A program made the translations under genes and the position numbers. This document shows positions 6,737 through 8,920 of a stretch of DNA of 8,920 nucleotides, one piece after another; within the stretch, counting starts at the first letter, position 1, and every line of letters begins with the position of its first letter. The notes beneath the pieces were generated by a model, which worked only from the letters and a program-made list of their open reading frames with translations, made no database searches and had not been told where the DNA came from. The DNA is from Octopus sinensis (Eukaryota). The DNA is taken from NCBI RefSeq assembly GCF_006345805.1, contig NW_021828260.1:1-8920 (forward strand), given 5' to 3'.

Positions 6737-7280
6737 TGAGTGGAGAGCAGTTCATGCCATCAAAGTGACACTGGGGTAAAATTACGAAGCCAATATACCC
6801 ATCATGACTACCCGTCTGATAAGGGTACACCAGGCACATGCATCACAACCATATGTGGCGACATGGTGATCTCATATCAAGATAAACAGCACTGACCTTG
6901 CAGGTGGGGCCCAGTTAGAATTTTCTTCAGGTTGAGTAGCCCATCCCGCTCAAAAGCTCCCTGAATAAGGGTTGTTAAGGACGTTGAACGAAACACCCAT
7001 TTTCCAGAGGTGAATTATTCAAACCCAAAGAATCCTTCTCAACACATGGCTATGATGCTCCCCCACTACTTCTGCTCGTGATCAAGATGCACATATCGTC
7101 AGCCACTAAGGGACATGCTCAACTGGTTACGGTCAAACACTGACAAGCCAATCTGTGGTATTGAGCAGAATATTTGCTGTAGCCCATCCTCTATACCAAG
7201 ACAAAACAATGTACGTGATAACACTTCCATCAGTTAAGATCAGAACCATGAGAGCCACTGCCTGGTACTGCATCAGGGCA
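6737..7280. mobile_element. 544-bp non-coding interspersed element with (ATT)n on both sides; class and orientation unresolved
   Basis: A sharply bounded, higher-GC block (tgagtggagagcag ... ctggtactgcatcagggca) with no ORF resembling a known protein and no obvious tRNA head. Recalled as a high-copy Octopus repeat; not verified. Confidence 0.65.
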
Positions 7281-7703
7281 ATTATTATTATATTATTATT
7301 ATTATTATTATGATTATATATCATCATTATTATTATTATTATTATTTTATTATTATTATTATTATATGTTATTATTATATGATTATTATCATCATTATTA
7401 TTATTATTATTATTATTATTTATTATTATTATTATTATCATTATTATTATCATTATTATTATTATTATTTATCATTATTATTATTATGTTATTATTATTA
7501 TTATTATCATTATTATTATTATTAATATATATTATTATTATCATTATTATCATTATTATTATTATTATTATTATTATCATTATTATTATCATTATTATTA
7601 TTATTATTATTATTATTTATCATTATTATTATCATTATTATTATCATTATTATTATTATCATTATTATTATTATTATCATCATTATTATTATTATTATTA
7701 TTA

Positions 7704-7746
<43 letters not shown>

Positions 7747-7886
7747 ATTATTATTATTATTATTATCATTATTATTATTATTATTATATCATTATTATCA
7801 TTACTATTATTTTATTATTATTATTATTATTATCATTATTATCATTATTAATATTATTATTATTATCATCATTATTATTATTAATA

Positions 7887-7924
<38 letters not shown>

Positions 7925-7946
7925 TATTATTATTATTATTATTATT
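7281..7946. repeat. Long (ATT)n microsatellite with ATC interruptions (~666 bp)
   Basis: Direct reading of the sequence; it accounts for the poly-I/Y/L/N ORFs at 7133-8084. Confidence 0.98.
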
Positions 7947-8111
7947 CTATGTTTGACTTTTGATTTATATGTACAAGTTGGCTCCAAGTCTCACCCAGAA
8001 CCTCAAGAGACAACAGGGTTGGAAGTCCATGTTGTTGTTATGCCTAGTGTGCCATATATTCAGGGGGTGGGGATGTTGTACTAATGAATGTCTAAAAAAA
8101 AGGTTTTTTTC
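7947..8111 (-). mobile_element. Probable 3' UTR of a Dong/R4-like LINE (extremely 5'-truncated) ending in (AAT)n
   Basis: The minus strand reads ...ccctgttgtctcttgaggttctgggtgagacttggagccaacttgtacatataaatcaaaagtcaaacatag|aataataat. The gaggttctgggtgagactt motif resembles the R4/Dong 3' UTR motif as I recall it, and Dong-type elements are known to target (TAA)n. No coding sequence is present to confirm the call. Confidence 0.5.
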
Positions 8112-8168
<57 letters not shown>

Positions 8169-8176
8169 CATCATCA

Positions 8177-8244
<68 letters not shown>

Positions 8245-8264
8245 TTATTATTATTATTATTATT
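8112..8264. repeat. (ATT)n microsatellite
   Basis: Direct reading of the sequence. Confidence 0.97.
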
Positions 8265-8920
8265 GGCCGCGGTGTACTGGAACTGGCAGCAAAACGGGAG
8301 CATTCCCGGTTTTGTGAGCCGAGGAGCAGTAACACTGCTGAAGAAAGATCTAAACAAGGAAATGTAATAGATAACTTTAGGCCCATCACTCTGCTTAATG
8401 CAGACTTGAAGATTTTGGCCAAGGTGTTAGCCAAGAGTTGGCGCTTGTCATCGAAAAACTGGTTGACAAGGCGCAGACGTGCACCGTGCCGGACCGGATC
8501 ATCCATGACACCTCCACCTGATGCGCTACATCATAGACAGGGTAGTTAACGAACCTGGCATGGGTGGGGCGCTGATCAATCGAAAGCTTTCGATACGTAG
8601 ACCATCGTACTTGGAGCAGTCCTCAGAGCGGCTGCTTCGGTCCCGTCTTCCGCGGCTGGATAGCCACTTTGTACAGAGGCATCCGTTCGGTAGTTCGCGT
8701 AATGGACATCTATCGAGACTTTCGACATCACACGTCGGTTCGTCAGGGATGCCCCCTCTCGTCGCTTCTATACGTATTGACTCTCGAGCCACTATTGCGG
8801 AAGCTGGCAACTCTGAGGGGCATCCCGTGAGAACTGGGATGCGGGACGAGCGTGTCTGCATACGCGGACGACGTCACCGTCATAGTGTCTAGCCACGAGC
8901 ACATCGAGCAGGTCGGCGAG
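8263..8920 (+). mobile_element. Tx1/L1-clade non-LTR retrotransposon, 5'-truncated RT region, frameshifted; runs off the window end
   Basis: Stitched reading: LAAVYWNWQQNGSIP...VTLLKK; NFRPITLLNADLKILAKVLA (8373 onward); LVDKAQTC; KAFD-VDH; RQGCPLSSLLYVLTLEPL (8741 onward); YADDVTV (8861-8881). In-frame TGA at 8828-8830. Confidence 0.92.

Noticed and set aside
7059-7084. Minus-strand TGATCACGA and GTAGTGGGGGA, both present in vertebrate U1 snRNA
   Set aside because: They are only 6 nt apart here versus about 100 nt in U1, and there is no 5' ACTTACCTG or Sm-site context. Likely chance.
6737-7280. Hammerhead or HDV-like ribozyme suggested by CTGATG, CTGAAGA and CGAAAC words
   Set aside because: I could not build stem II plus GAAA, or an HDV P1-P3-L3 topology, by hand. 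Left to a covariance-model scan.
8094-8110. A8-GG-T7 hairpin resembling a terminator
   Set aside because: It is a low-complexity run inside a eukaryotic repeat UTR, and the 2-nt loop is implausible.
7133-8549. Poly-Ile/Tyr/Leu/Asn ORFs, including apparent fusions to the Tx1 RT (7960-8367, 8088-8549)
   Set aside because: They are read-through of (ATT)n. The in-frame fusion has no supported start or expression evidence.

Overview
This is AT-rich eukaryotic non-genic DNA made almost entirely of retroelements and microsatellites. The SINE families match, from memory and not a database search, those abundant in Octopus genomes. I find no supportable host exon, RNA gene or CRISPR array. From 5' to 3' the window contains: (1) the 3' end of an RTE-clade LINE ORF (1-729), whose C-terminus carries three tandem C2H2 zinc fingers that the ORF track splits across frameshifts; (2) a head-to-head pair of tRNA-derived SINEs plus an extra SINE tail (1388-2495); (3) a 5'-truncated CR1-group LINE with RT, 3' UTR and a (TTCTAAGTTA)2 tail, embedded in (TA)n (2964-4408); (4) three copies of a second tRNA-derived SINE family (5483-5590, 6239-6420, 6458-6666); (5) a long (ATT)n field (6667-8264) hosting a 544-bp non-coding element and a probable Dong/R4-like LINE 3' UTR; (6) a 5'-truncated Tx1/L1-clade RT running off the window end (8263-8920). 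Most frameshifts in all three LINE ORFs are single-base losses in short base runs. This suggests long-read error, so the elements may be more intact than they look. Most ORFs in the supplied track are microsatellite or antisense artefacts.
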